A stretch of DNA of 64,000 nt from a virus: the IMG/VR virus record IMGVR_UViG_3300044641_010328, positions 1-64,000 of that record, one strand, 5' to 3'. Position numbers and translations under genes: made by a program. Positions 1-7,060 of this stretch are shown piece after piece; the first letter of the stretch is position 1, and each line of letters opens with the position of its first letter. Under the pieces are notes generated by a model. The model saw nothing but the letters and a program-made list of their open reading frames with translations. It did no database searches and was not told the origin of the DNA.

Positions 1-204
1 TCACTTACGCTGGACGAACTCGTAGAGGTCCTCAGCAAGCGCCTTGATGTCTGCAGCGCTTGGTCCAGGTGGAAACGCGCTGATTGGCTGCTTTGCGAGC
101 TCTGCATTGCGCTGAATGATCTCACATTCAGCGTGCCACTTCTCAAATAGAATGTTCTTTGCCTCATTGAGCAGGCTGTGGCGAATTTCATATCCTGTTG
201 CCAT
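1..204 (-). CDS. Conserved-type phage hypothetical protein (YEIR...LYEFV helical family)
   Basis: 67 aa ORF with AAAGGA RBS; pattern resembles small proteins of T4-like phages. Confidence 0.7.
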   Translation of the reverse strand: MATGYEIRHSLLNEAKNILFEKWHAECEIIQRNAELAKQPISAFPPGPSAADIKALAEDLYEFVQRK

Positions 205-231
205 TGTCTTTTCCTTTGTGTGTGTGTGAAT

Positions 232-259
232 GCCGGTGTTTATGTCGACCGACTGCGAC
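232..259 (-). promoter_or_regulatory. Candidate H-type RNA pseudoknot in the leader of ORF 1..204
   Basis: Minus strand GTCG-CA-GTCGGT-CGAC-ATAAAC-ACCGGC; S1 GTCG/CGAC, S2 GTCGGT/ACCGGC; followed by (CA)6 and the RBS. Confidence 0.5.
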
Positions 260-260
260 C

Positions 261-283
261 TTTCGATCTTGCAGAGATCGAAA
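261..283 (-). terminator. Stem-loop downstream of tRNA-Ser (terminator or processing signal)
   Basis: TTTCGATCT/AGATCGAAA perfect 9-bp inverted repeat. Confidence 0.5.
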
Positions 284-293
284 ACTGTGTAAA

Positions 294-384
294 TGGCGGA
301 AGCGGCCCGATTTGAACGGGCGGTGGGCTATTAACCCACGGAAGTTTTCAAGACTTCTGGAATAAACCGCTCTCCCACGCTTCC
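294..384 (-). tRNA. tRNA-Ser(UGA)
   Basis: GGAAGCG/CGCTTCC acceptor, loop CT-TGA-AA, long variable arm, G73, encoded CCA. Confidence 0.95.
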
Positions 385-386
385 AT

Positions 387-1124
387 TTAATTTTTTTGTG
401 TCTGTCTTCTGTAGAAGTCATATCTTCTTGTGTAGCAGTTTTTAGCATGAAAATCAGGCATAAGACGTCTTATTCTCTTGCTAACGACTTGTGGTATTTC
501 TTCAAGTCTGTCTGCAAGCAATTGAACCCATCCGTATTTAGAGAAGTCAATCTCACCAGACTCGTGCAATCGAAGAACTTCTTTTGTGAAGTCTTCTTCA
601 AATTGCGCTTTCATCTCTCTGAGCTTTGACATTGACTCGTCTTCCTTCTTCTTTTTGGATTCCTGCTTAAGCTTTCTCTCTGTCAGAGACTTTAAACGAG
701 CATCTAGTTTTTCTTTACTTAGCTCCTTCCTCTTATCGTAATCCTTGTTTCCGGGTCTTAAAATATCAGTGTTCTTTTTATTGCCTTTATTGTGCCAGTT
801 TCTATATTTTGGAGTTAAAGCGTGGCAATTTGGACAGAGAACTTGAAGATTTGAAAACTCATTGTTTTGGTGGTTTCCATCAATGTGGTCGATCTCCAGA
901 ATTGTAGATCCGCAGGACCTGCTTTCATTGAACCCGCAGCGGCTACATTTGTATTCTGACTTTTTCAGAAGGTGCAGCCGCCTAAGTCCGTGACCAGATT
1001 CTGCCCAGTTGTTCACTACTTCGTTGAAAAAATGATCTAAAAAATTGAAACTTCTATGATTCGCCGCAAAGTGGCTCCTCAGCGTCCTAAAAGAATCTGT
1101 CTCAAATTCACATATGCACTTCAT
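387..1124 (-). CDS. HNH homing endonuclease
   Basis: CSRCG...LEIDHIDGNHQNNEFSNLQVLCPNCH motif; AT-rich; inserted between tRNAs. Confidence 0.9.
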   Translation of the reverse strand: MKCICEFETDSFRTLRSHFAANHRSFNFLDHFFNEVVNNWAESGHGLRRLHLLKKSEYKCSRCGFNESRSCGSTILEIDHIDGNHQNNEFSNLQVLCPNCHALTPKYRNWHNKGNKKNTDILRPGNKDYDKRKELSKEKLDARLKSLTERKLKQESKKKKEDESMSKLREMKAQFEEDFTKEVLRLHESGEIDFSKYGWVQLLADRLEEIPQVVSKRIRRLMPDFHAKNCYTRRYDFYRRQTQKN

Positions 1125-1126
1125 AA

Positions 1127-1183
1127 TTTCGAACTCCTGATTCTAAATATCACTCAACATGAATTAGAACCAGGAGTTCGAAA
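1127..1183 (-). promoter_or_regulatory. RBS-sequestering hairpin with late-promoter motif ATATTTA at the loop
   Basis: 20-bp stem (1127-1146/1164-1183, one G-U pair on the minus strand) covers AGGAG; ATATTTA at 1144-1150. Confidence 0.75.
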
Positions 1184-1191
1184 AGTTTTTA

Positions 1192-1265
1192 TGGTGCCCA
1201 CGGGCTGAATCGAACAGCCAAATCGGCGTTACAAGGGCCGGGTTTTACCACTAAACTACGCGGGC
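1192..1265 (-). tRNA. tRNA-Thr(UGU)
   Basis: Cloverleaf, loop CT-TGT-AA, CCA. Confidence 0.9.
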
Positions 1266-1302
1266 AATTCCGACCACTCACGCCTGGTCGGCCAGCGTTG
1301 CC

Positions 1303-1413
1303 TCACTCCGCGGCTTCGGCGGAATCAGCGCTGTCGGACTCATCAGAGCCAGAGCAACCGCCGAGCGTGGCGATGCTGAGCATTCCGATGAGGGTAAACA
1401 GTGCGATCTTCAT
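1303..1413 (-). CDS. 36-aa acidic lipoprotein (not in the ORF track)
   Basis: MKIALFTLIGMLSIATLGGCSGSDESDSADSAEAAE; lipobox LGGC; AGGAG RBS; promoter-like motif at 1447-1474. Confidence 0.75.
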   Translation of the reverse strand: MKIALFTLIGMLSIATLGGCSGSDESDSADSAEAAE

Positions 1414-1490
1414 ATCGACTCCTTTTGCATCCGTGATGCGTGTTAGATCATACACGATGTATGAACGGTTTATATCAACCAGAGGTCTAA

Positions 1491-1691
1491 TTATTCTGGC
1501 TTTGGAACTTCTCCGTCAAAGCTGACAAGCAGCTCCATCCGGCCAGAATGCTCATTCATCGTCCACTCCATGAAGTAGTTGCGCCGGAAGTGGGACGTGA
1601 AGGCAGTGTGATTACTCTGGCACCAGAGCTCAAGCGCCTCCATCACTTCCCCTTCAGTGAAGTAGAGGTTGACGAGATTCGTTTCCCTCAC
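1491..1691 (-). CDS. Hypothetical protein
   Basis: 66 aa ORF, GTGA-coupled to the upstream ORF. Confidence 0.6.
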   Translation of the reverse strand: MRETNLVNLYFTEGEVMEALELWCQSNHTAFTSHFRRNYFMEWTMNEHSGRMELLVSFDGEVPKPE

Positions 1692-1795
1692 GCGCCACCT
1701 GACGCCATGACGATGAATGGCATCACGAAAGCTGCGATGAATCCGATGATGACCAGTGCAAGCTCAATCTTTGAGCGGGTCTCGAAGTTGTCCAT
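1688..1795 (-). CDS. 35-aa single-TM membrane peptide (not in the ORF track)
   Basis: MDNFETRSKIELALVIIGFIAAFVMPFIVMASGGA; GGAG RBS. Confidence 0.6.
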   Translation of the reverse strand: MDNFETRSKIELALVIIGFIAAFVMPFIVMASGGA

Positions 1796-1814
1796 GATAA
1801 TCTCCAGTTCAAAA

Positions 1815-1890
1815 TGGTGGACCGGGTGGGGAACGATCCCACGACGCGCGGATTAAGAGTCCGATGCTCTACCAACTGAGCTACCGGTCC
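1815..1890 (-). tRNA. tRNA-Lys(CUU)
   Basis: Cloverleaf, loop CT-CTT-AA, CCA. Confidence 0.93.
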
Positions 1891-1894
1891 AAGA

Positions 1895-1970
1895 TGGTGG
1901 CACTAACTTGATTCGAACAAGTGACAGAGCGTGTATGAAACGCTAGCTCTACCAGCTGAGCTATAGTGCC
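1895..1970 (-). tRNA. tRNA-Met(CAU), elongator type (Ile2 not excluded)
   Basis: Cloverleaf, loop TT-CAT-AC, G1:C72, CCA. Confidence 0.9.
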
Positions 1971-1974
1971 AAAA

Positions 1975-2051
1975 TGGTAGGACTGGCCCGAATCGAACGG
2001 GCGACCCCCTGAATATCAGTCAGGTGCTCTAACCAGCTGAGCTACAGTCCT
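1975..2051 (-). tRNA. tRNA-Ile(GAU)
   Basis: Cloverleaf, loop CT-GAT-AT, CCA. Confidence 0.95.
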
Positions 2052-2061
2052 GTTTGTGACA

Positions 2062-2364
2062 TCACTCTGGCGTTGCGGTATCGCTGCCGGTGTCAGACGT
2101 GCCCGTGTCGGATCCCGTATCAACAGGATCGGTCGCGGTGTCACCAGTGTCAACCGGGTCAACTGCGGTATCGGCAGTATCTCCGGTCTCACCTGTCTCC
2201 TCGGTGTCAGCAGTATCAGCTGTGTCGCCCGTGTCGATCACGTCACCGGAGTCATCAGCGCAGCTCTCGCCGGTGTCATCAGTCTCCTTGACGTCCTCGT
2301 CAGTGCTGCAAGCACCAAGTGCCAGAAGTCCCATCGTCACAATTGAAATCATTACGTTGCGCAT
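2062..2364 (-). CDS. Asp/Thr/Gly-repeat lipoprotein
   Basis: Lipobox LGAC followed by DTG/DTA repeats; AGGAG RBS. Confidence 0.85.
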   Translation of the reverse strand: MRNVMISIVTMGLLALGACSTDEDVKETDDTGESCADDSGDVIDTGDTADTADTEETGETGDTADTAVDPVDTGDTATDPVDTGSDTGTSDTGSDTATPE

Positions 2365-2430
2365 CTTGTTGTCTCCTTTTTTTGATGATAAAATATATCA
2401 AAATCTTTAGCCTTTTACAGGTTTTTATCT

Positions 2431-3144
2431 CTATAGTTGATCATAAGTTAAAATTTCAAGATTTTTGAATTCTTTCTTAGTAATCAGCTTTATACAAAGA
2501 TCAGGATGTTGCTCTTTTACAAGCTGCATCTTCTTTCTGTCTTTGTCAGAATAATAACCCTTGACTTCAATGATAAGATTGTCTGCAGGTACAAAGAAAT
2601 CAGGAGAGTATGTTCTTCTGATATTATCGTCAATGTACTTAATATAGTGCTTTCTTGTCCACAACACGCCTTGCCTGTCTAGCCACAGAGAAACATCTCT
2701 TTCCCATGTCCCCCTAAGGGAGCATTCGTTTCCAAAAGAATCGCAAGACTTGTACCACTTAACATTTTTAAATCCACCATTTCCACTTTCATTGAGAAAT
2801 CTTGATCTCGCTTCTGAAAGTTTCTCTTTGGTGGCAGCCTTAAGCGGTACGCCGATTCTGTTCTTCATAAATTCTCCAGCATCTACTCTCTTTCTTAGAG
2901 ATTGCTGGGTTTTTGCAACTCTTTCATCTGTTTCTGCTGTGAGACCCTTGTTCCATGACGGCTTTCCTGCTCTATTTTTTCTGAGCTCACTAAGTTGATT
3001 ATGAATCTTTTTGAGATGAGCATCGCCATCGCCATGGTTTAGCCAATAGTGTGTTGATATTCCATTTCTAGAATATTCTTTTTCACAAACATTGCATTTG
3101 TACCTTCCGTTTTCTCCTATCTTTGAAATTTCTTCTATCTTCAT
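2431..3144 (-). CDS. Putative homing endonuclease (Zn finger, NUMOD3-like, PD-(D/E)XK)
   Basis: CNVC..H..H, SWNKGLT, YSPDFFV...IIEVKG motifs; AT-rich. Confidence 0.8.
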   Translation of the reverse strand: MKIEEISKIGENGRYKCNVCEKEYSRNGISTHYWLNHGDGDAHLKKIHNQLSELRKNRAGKPSWNKGLTAETDERVAKTQQSLRKRVDAGEFMKNRIGVPLKAATKEKLSEARSRFLNESGNGGFKNVKWYKSCDSFGNECSLRGTWERDVSLWLDRQGVLWTRKHYIKYIDDNIRRTYSPDFFVPADNLIIEVKGYYSDKDRKKMQLVKEQHPDLCIKLITKKEFKNLEILTYDQL

Positions 3145-3191
3145 TTATTTCTCTCCAGCTTTAAATATTACTAAGCTGGCTGCTATGACCG

Positions 3192-3264
3192 TTGGCCCGG
3201 TGGGATTTGCACCCACGACTTCCACTTTATAAGAATGGCCTTCTGACTCCTGAATTACGGGCCA
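3192..3264 (-). tRNA. tRNA-Ile(UAU), no encoded CCA
   Basis: TGGCCCG/CGGGCCA acceptor, loop CT-TAT-AA, T-loop TGCAAAT. Confidence 0.8.
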
Positions 3265-3324
3265 AGAACGGTTCCCAAGAGTCGATATTGAAGGACTTAT
3301 ATTCATCAAGCTTCAGACATCTAA

Positions 3325-3408
3325 TGGTCCGACAGGCAGGACTCGAACCTGCATACACCAATTACTCTTTTTAATTGACCGGATATAAGCCGGGGGAGAT
3401 ACTGTCGG
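3325..3408 (-). tRNA. D-armless tRNA-like gene with UAU anticodon
   Basis: CCGACAG/CTGTCGG-A-CCA acceptor; perfect T arm GCAGG-TTCGAGT-CCTGC; CCGG-CTTATAT-CCGG arm; no D arm; long extra region. Confidence 0.7.
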
Positions 3409-3413
3409 ATTTA

Positions 3414-3490
3414 TGGCCTCCTCGGCTGGACTCAAACCAGCGACATCTCGCTTAGAAGGCGAGCACTCTATTCAGCTGAGTTACGAGGAG
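3414..3490 (-). tRNA. tRNA-Arg(UCU)
   Basis: Cloverleaf, loop CT-TCT-AA, CCA. Confidence 0.92.
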
Positions 3491-3496
3491 ATTAGG

Positions 3497-3573
3497 TGGT
3501 GGGGTGTATAGGACTCGAACCTATAACCTAGGGAGTAGAAATCCCTTGCGCTATCCAGTTGCGCCAACACCCC
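3497..3573 (-). tRNA. tRNA-Arg(UCU), second non-identical copy
   Basis: AGGGA/TCCCT stem, 7-nt loop TT-TCT-AC, A20, CCA. Confidence 0.9.
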
Positions 3574-3626
3574 TTATTTCATCGTTAGTTCTCTCGGTTT
3601 TTCCACCGTTCCTTCCTAACTCTTTT

Positions 3627-3656
3627 ATTATAACCTAGTGCCTCGCGCTTTACACG
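3627..3656 (-). promoter_or_regulatory. Promoter GTGTAA-N17-TATAAT driving the tRNA subcluster
   Basis: Repeated motif, also at 5649, 7894, 12170, 25613 and 46160. Confidence 0.7.
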
Positions 3657-3662
3657 AGATTT

Positions 3663-4100
3663 TTATCGAAGGCTAGAATCAGCGAGCCGCTGCCAGAACT
3701 CACGCACAGAGCCCTCAGCAGAATCAGCCGGAAACTTCTTCACGATGTCATCAAAGTGAAAGGAGACCTCGATGAACTCTCCATCACGCTTTGCATGGGG
3801 TCCCATCGATTGTCCGAATGGATTAGAATCAGAGATACGCTTATCATTCACAGGCTGCGCAATATCAGAGAGCCCTGCTCGACGTAGATCATAGTCATCC
3901 TGCTTCACCTTGATGACTGGAGCAGACCGCTCAATCGCAGCGACACCGTTTGTCACACGGCCCGATCGGTTAACGCGCGTCTTACTATCAGCGAGACGAT
4001 TACATCCGAGTGACGGGTTGTCGCCTTTTTGGATGTGTTCCATTCCAAGCTGGACTGGAACCTGGTGCATGATGTCAATCTTTGCGCTGTTCGGAATCAT
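3663..4100 (-). CDS. Hypothetical protein
   Basis: 145 aa ORF with AGGAG RBS. Confidence 0.7.
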   Translation of the reverse strand: MIPNSAKIDIMHQVPVQLGMEHIQKGDNPSLGCNRLADSKTRVNRSGRVTNGVAAIERSAPVIKVKQDDYDLRRAGLSDIAQPVNDKRISDSNPFGQSMGPHAKRDGEFIEVSFHFDDIVKKFPADSAEGSVREFWQRLADSSLR

Positions 4101-4113
4101 ATCAATCTCCTTT

Positions 4114-4431
4114 TTACTGGCCTGTCTCGGTCAAGCGCTGAACAAGGTTGTGGATCGCGGTCTCGTTGCCTCCGTCGACGCGGTCGAACTTAGAGCCGTT
4201 CAGATACCCGATGACGGTCGGTACGGACATGATTCCTGATGCCTTCGAGAACTCTTGCGCTGTCTCAATGTCAACGTAGACAAAAGTGACATCGCTATTC
4301 TCATTCTCAAGCTTCTCGAGCTTGGTCTTGAGCAGCCTGCAGGGATAGCACCACGAAGCGCTAAACTGGATAACAACACGTGGCGTGCTGTTGATGAGCT
4401 CATGAATGTTGTCGTCGTTTCGGATGATCAT
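4114..4431 (-). CDS. trxA: Thioredoxin
   Basis: FSASWCYPC and IMSVPT motifs; start moved to MIIRN after the AGGA RBS. Confidence 0.9.
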   Translation of the reverse strand: MIIRNDDNIHELINSTPRVVIQFSASWCYPCRLLKTKLEKLENENSDVTFVYVDIETAQEFSKASGIMSVPTVIGYLNGSKFDRVDGGNETAIHNLVQRLTETGQ

Positions 4432-4444
4432 TGTTTTTCCTAGA

Positions 4445-4607
4445 TGGCGACCGAGGAGTGACTTGAACAGGGGACCCGCGGATTTGGAATTGATTCCCAC
4501 CCCTCAACCCTGCTGGATGGAACCGAGGCTCCAAACTTCTGACCTTGCTAGCGCAGGGTGTCCCCGGTTGCGAGGGATGCCGGTTATCCGGCGGTCTGGG
4601 GTGGGAA
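4445..4607 (-). ncRNA. Structured RNA with a tRNA(Trp)-like 3' end
   Basis: 10-bp TTCCCACCCC/GGGGTGGGAA stem enclosing several helices; followed by TTCCAAA, GTTCAAGT and terminal GCCA. Confidence 0.55.
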
Positions 4608-4609
4608 AG

Positions 4610-4692
4610 TGGCTGCTCGGGTCGGATTCGAACCGACGTTGCACAAGGCACAGATTAACAGTCTGCTGACTAAGCCACTAGTCTACCGAGCA
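4610..4692 (-). tRNA. tRNA-Asn(GUU) with extended variable loop
   Basis: TGCTCGG/CCGAGCA acceptor, loop CT-GTT-AA, 12-nt variable region, G73, CCA. Confidence 0.9.
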
Positions 4693-5399
4693 ATAGGTTT
4701 GTTATAGTATTGTAAGTGAAGGTTTTTCGTAAACCAGAAAGGTGTTCTTCCCGTTGATTCAGCATAATCAGACAAAACTTGTTTCTTGACTAGTGAAAGT
4801 TCATTGTATTTACGCCATTTATCATTTAATTTTTTGACAGATGCGAAGCTTTTACATTCAACTATGAAGCATTCATTTTTTGTATTGATTATAAAATCAG
4901 GAATAAATCTTCTTTTTCTACCGTTGTCATCAAACACGATAGATTCTTCACATCTTTTCATTTCAATTGCATTAAATACTGTCTCAAAATAGTTCAAGCA
5001 TGCATATTCTATTTTAGAATCACATCTTATTTCTTGATCTTGAAACTTGTACACGCATTTAATGGAATTAAAATTTGTCTTTCCTTCCATTATTGCTTTT
5101 GTTCTTGCAATTGAAAGTTTCTCTATTGTTTCTGGCCTTGAAACGGCATGTTTGTGCCCACAAGCTTTTGAACAAGTTTTTCTATATGATCTGCTTGGCT
5201 TAACACTAAAGGTCTTTGAACATTCCGGACATACTTTTTCAATAAGGATAGTTTTAGAAGATAAAGTTCTTGAAACTTTTGCATTCGTTTCTTCTCTATT
5301 GGTAAGAGAAGAAAAAGATCTGCTACATTTTGAACTACAAAATCTTCCGCTACCGTAGGTTCCCGTATTTTCAGTTCCACATTTTTCACAAGTTTTCAT
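4683..5399 (-). CDS. Putative homing endonuclease (Zn ribbons plus TnsA-like PD-(D/E)XK)
   Basis: CEKC..FCSSKC, CPEC..TCSKAC, RFIPDFII...IVECK; very AT-rich; stop codon inside tRNA-Asn. Confidence 0.8.
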   Translation of the reverse strand: MKTCEKCGTENTGTYGSGRFCSSKCSRSFSSLTNREETNAKVSRTLSSKTILIEKVCPECSKTFSVKPSRSYRKTCSKACGHKHAVSRPETIEKLSIARTKAIMEGKTNFNSIKCVYKFQDQEIRCDSKIEYACLNYFETVFNAIEMKRCEESIVFDDNGRKRRFIPDFIINTKNECFIVECKSFASVKKLNDKWRKYNELSLVKKQVLSDYAESTGRTPFWFTKNLHLQYYNKPIAR

Positions 5400-5462
5400 A
5401 ATGACCTCTAAAAGTAATTATCTCGAACTTGTGTCTTCTGCCTTATTTGTCAATAAAAGGAT

Positions 5463-5533
5463 AGCGGGCACCGGGATTCGAACCCGGTTATCCAGCTTGG
5501 AAGGCTGGTGCACAACCCATATGCCATGCCCGC
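5463..5533 (-). tRNA. tRNA-Gly(UCC), no encoded CCA
   Basis: GCGGGCA/TGCCCGC acceptor, loop CT-TCC-AA, U73. Confidence 0.92.
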
Positions 5534-5537
5534 AGAA

Positions 5538-5613
5538 TGGTCGGACCACCCCGACTCGAACGGGGAATCGGGCTTTAGGAGAGCCCTGCGATATCCTGTT
5601 TCACCATGGTCCG
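5538..5613 (-). tRNA. tRNA-Arg(CCU)
   Basis: Loop CT-CCT-AA, A20, CCA; acceptor C1:G72 with A73. Confidence 0.88.
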
Positions 5614-5648
5614 TTTTGCTTTAGCGATAACCTCGCCTCGACTCTCTT

Positions 5649-5677
5649 ATTATACCATGGGAGACAGGCTTTACACG
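5649..5677 (-). promoter_or_regulatory. Promoter GTGTAA-N16-TATAAT at the head of the tRNA array
   Basis: CGTGTAAA...TGGTATAAT. Confidence 0.75.
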
Positions 5678-5691
5678 AGAAGAAAAAAATA

Positions 5692-6825
5692 TTAAGCCTC
5701 TTCTTCCTCTTGCGGTTCTTCCGCGGCGTCACCTGGTGCGACAGGGACTGATGCAGATGCAGGCGAAGCAATCTGCAACCCCTGCTTTGAGATGAGACCC
5801 GGCAGGATCATCTCTCTCGGGACAGAGTACATCCGCATATTTGCCTTGGTTCCAACGATAGCAATAACGTCATGGCCCGATAGCACGAGACCGTCCCAAA
5901 GGTCTGCACACCTATCAATAAGCCGTCGCACCTCTGCTACGTCAAGTGCAAAATTCACATCTTCATCTGCTATTCCTGAGGGATCTTGATCTGCGCGCGG
6001 GCTCCCGGATGACACGTAGATCTGATTCTTCTCTTTCCCAGCAATGTCAGCGTCGAGCTTGCTGAGCATGCTTCTGATCTGACCTCTTGAGATCGATCTG
6101 CCGGTTCCCTCTGCAAAGCCCTTCATCGCGGCGATCTTTTTGATTTCTTCAGATACGTCGACGATCTCTCGAAACTCGCCGCCCTTTTCTACATCGGCGC
6201 CCGGGAAGACTGTGCTAGACTTGTTCTCAAAATACTTGACGCTAAATCCGTTTCCACCGATTGTTAGGTCAGGTTCAGCGCCCGCCTCAGAATCACGCCC
6301 AAACATCAGGGTGGCTAGTGCCTCACCCTTGCCAATCGACGTTCCACGCGCACCCGGCTTCTCGAAGAGAGCAAGTGAGTAGAATTGACGCGGAATCGGA
6401 TATTCTTTGATTCCCTTCTCGACCTCAGGATGTTTAATGGTGATTTCACCTGCAGGAGCATCTGGATCCTCTGATTCTGCCGGAAGGTTGTAAATACTTT
6501 CCTTGATCTCTTCTGGAGACATCTGGCTGAGAATGGCACGTGCCAGCTTGACAGCGCTTTGAGAGATTCTGCTCTCAATGATCCCAAGTCTACGACCTAT
6601 CTCTTCGTCCTCTTCTGTGTAGCCTTGTAGCGCATCCTTTGTGTTCCCGATGCTGATCAAGTCATCCAGGTCTTCCGGAGACAGAATGAAGTTAGCCATC
6701 TTGTCTTCGGGTTGCCCGCGCTTGCGCCTGCCACCTGTTAAAACAGGCGTGGCTGTGATCGAGACGTTGTAGTTCTCGGCGAGCAGGATCTCTCTGATTG
6801 CGTGTCTTAGCATATTGTTTCGCAT
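5692..6825 (-). CDS. Hypothetical late protein, possible degenerate PD-(D/E)XK domain
   Basis: Start at MRNNMLRHAIREILLAE after ATAGTTA; GKGE...PDL...SVK. Confidence 0.65.
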   Translation of the reverse strand: MRNNMLRHAIREILLAENYNVSITATPVLTGGRRKRGQPEDKMANFILSPEDLDDLISIGNTKDALQGYTEEDEEIGRRLGIIESRISQSAVKLARAILSQMSPEEIKESIYNLPAESEDPDAPAGEITIKHPEVEKGIKEYPIPRQFYSLALFEKPGARGTSIGKGEALATLMFGRDSEAGAEPDLTIGGNGFSVKYFENKSSTVFPGADVEKGGEFREIVDVSEEIKKIAAMKGFAEGTGRSISRGQIRSMLSKLDADIAGKEKNQIYVSSGSPRADQDPSGIADEDVNFALDVAEVRRLIDRCADLWDGLVLSGHDVIAIVGTKANMRMYSVPREMILPGLISKQGLQIASPASASVPVAPGDAAEEPQEEEEA

Positions 6826-6841
6826 GCTTTGATAACTATCA

Positions 6842-7060
6842 TCACGCATGTTGTAGCTTCCTCGTGCTCGTGCTGTGTCTGTTGCATCTGCTGTCCTGCA
6901 CCGTCGCACGGCCATCGTGCACATCAAGGATGAGAACAGTCTCTCCCGATAGGAATCCGGGATCGACAGGACCGTAGATATCGTAGAAGCTGATCATGTC
7001 CTGTGTCAGTCTAGCAAGATCGCCGGCTCGAAAATCAGGCGGCAGGGACCGTGACTTCAT
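6842..7060 (-). CDS. Hypothetical protein
   Basis: 72 aa ORF with GAGG RBS. Confidence 0.5.
   Translation of the reverse strand: MKSRSLPPDFRAGDLARLTQDMISFYDIYGPVDPGFLSGETVLILDVHDGRATVQDSRCNRHSTSTRKLQHA

Noticed and set aside
2062-2290. Short tandem repeats as a possible CRISPR array (also 30200..30290)
   Set aside because: They are degenerate in-frame coding repeats (DTG, EGYYME) with no constant repeat-spacer period, and there are no cas genes.
3497-3573. Possible amber suppressor tRNA (CTA visible in the loop) and stop-codon recoding
   Set aside because: The 5-bp stem frames a 7-nt loop TT-TCT-AC, so the anticodon is UCU. Genes are intact in code 11 and TAG ends many of them.
4445-4609. 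Theta/HDV-like ribozyme, tmRNA or RNase P RNA after tRNA-Asn
   Set aside because: No HDV nested double-pseudoknot order starting at the tRNA 3' end, no G3:U70 alanine acceptor or tag ORF, and no GAGGAAAGUCC motif.
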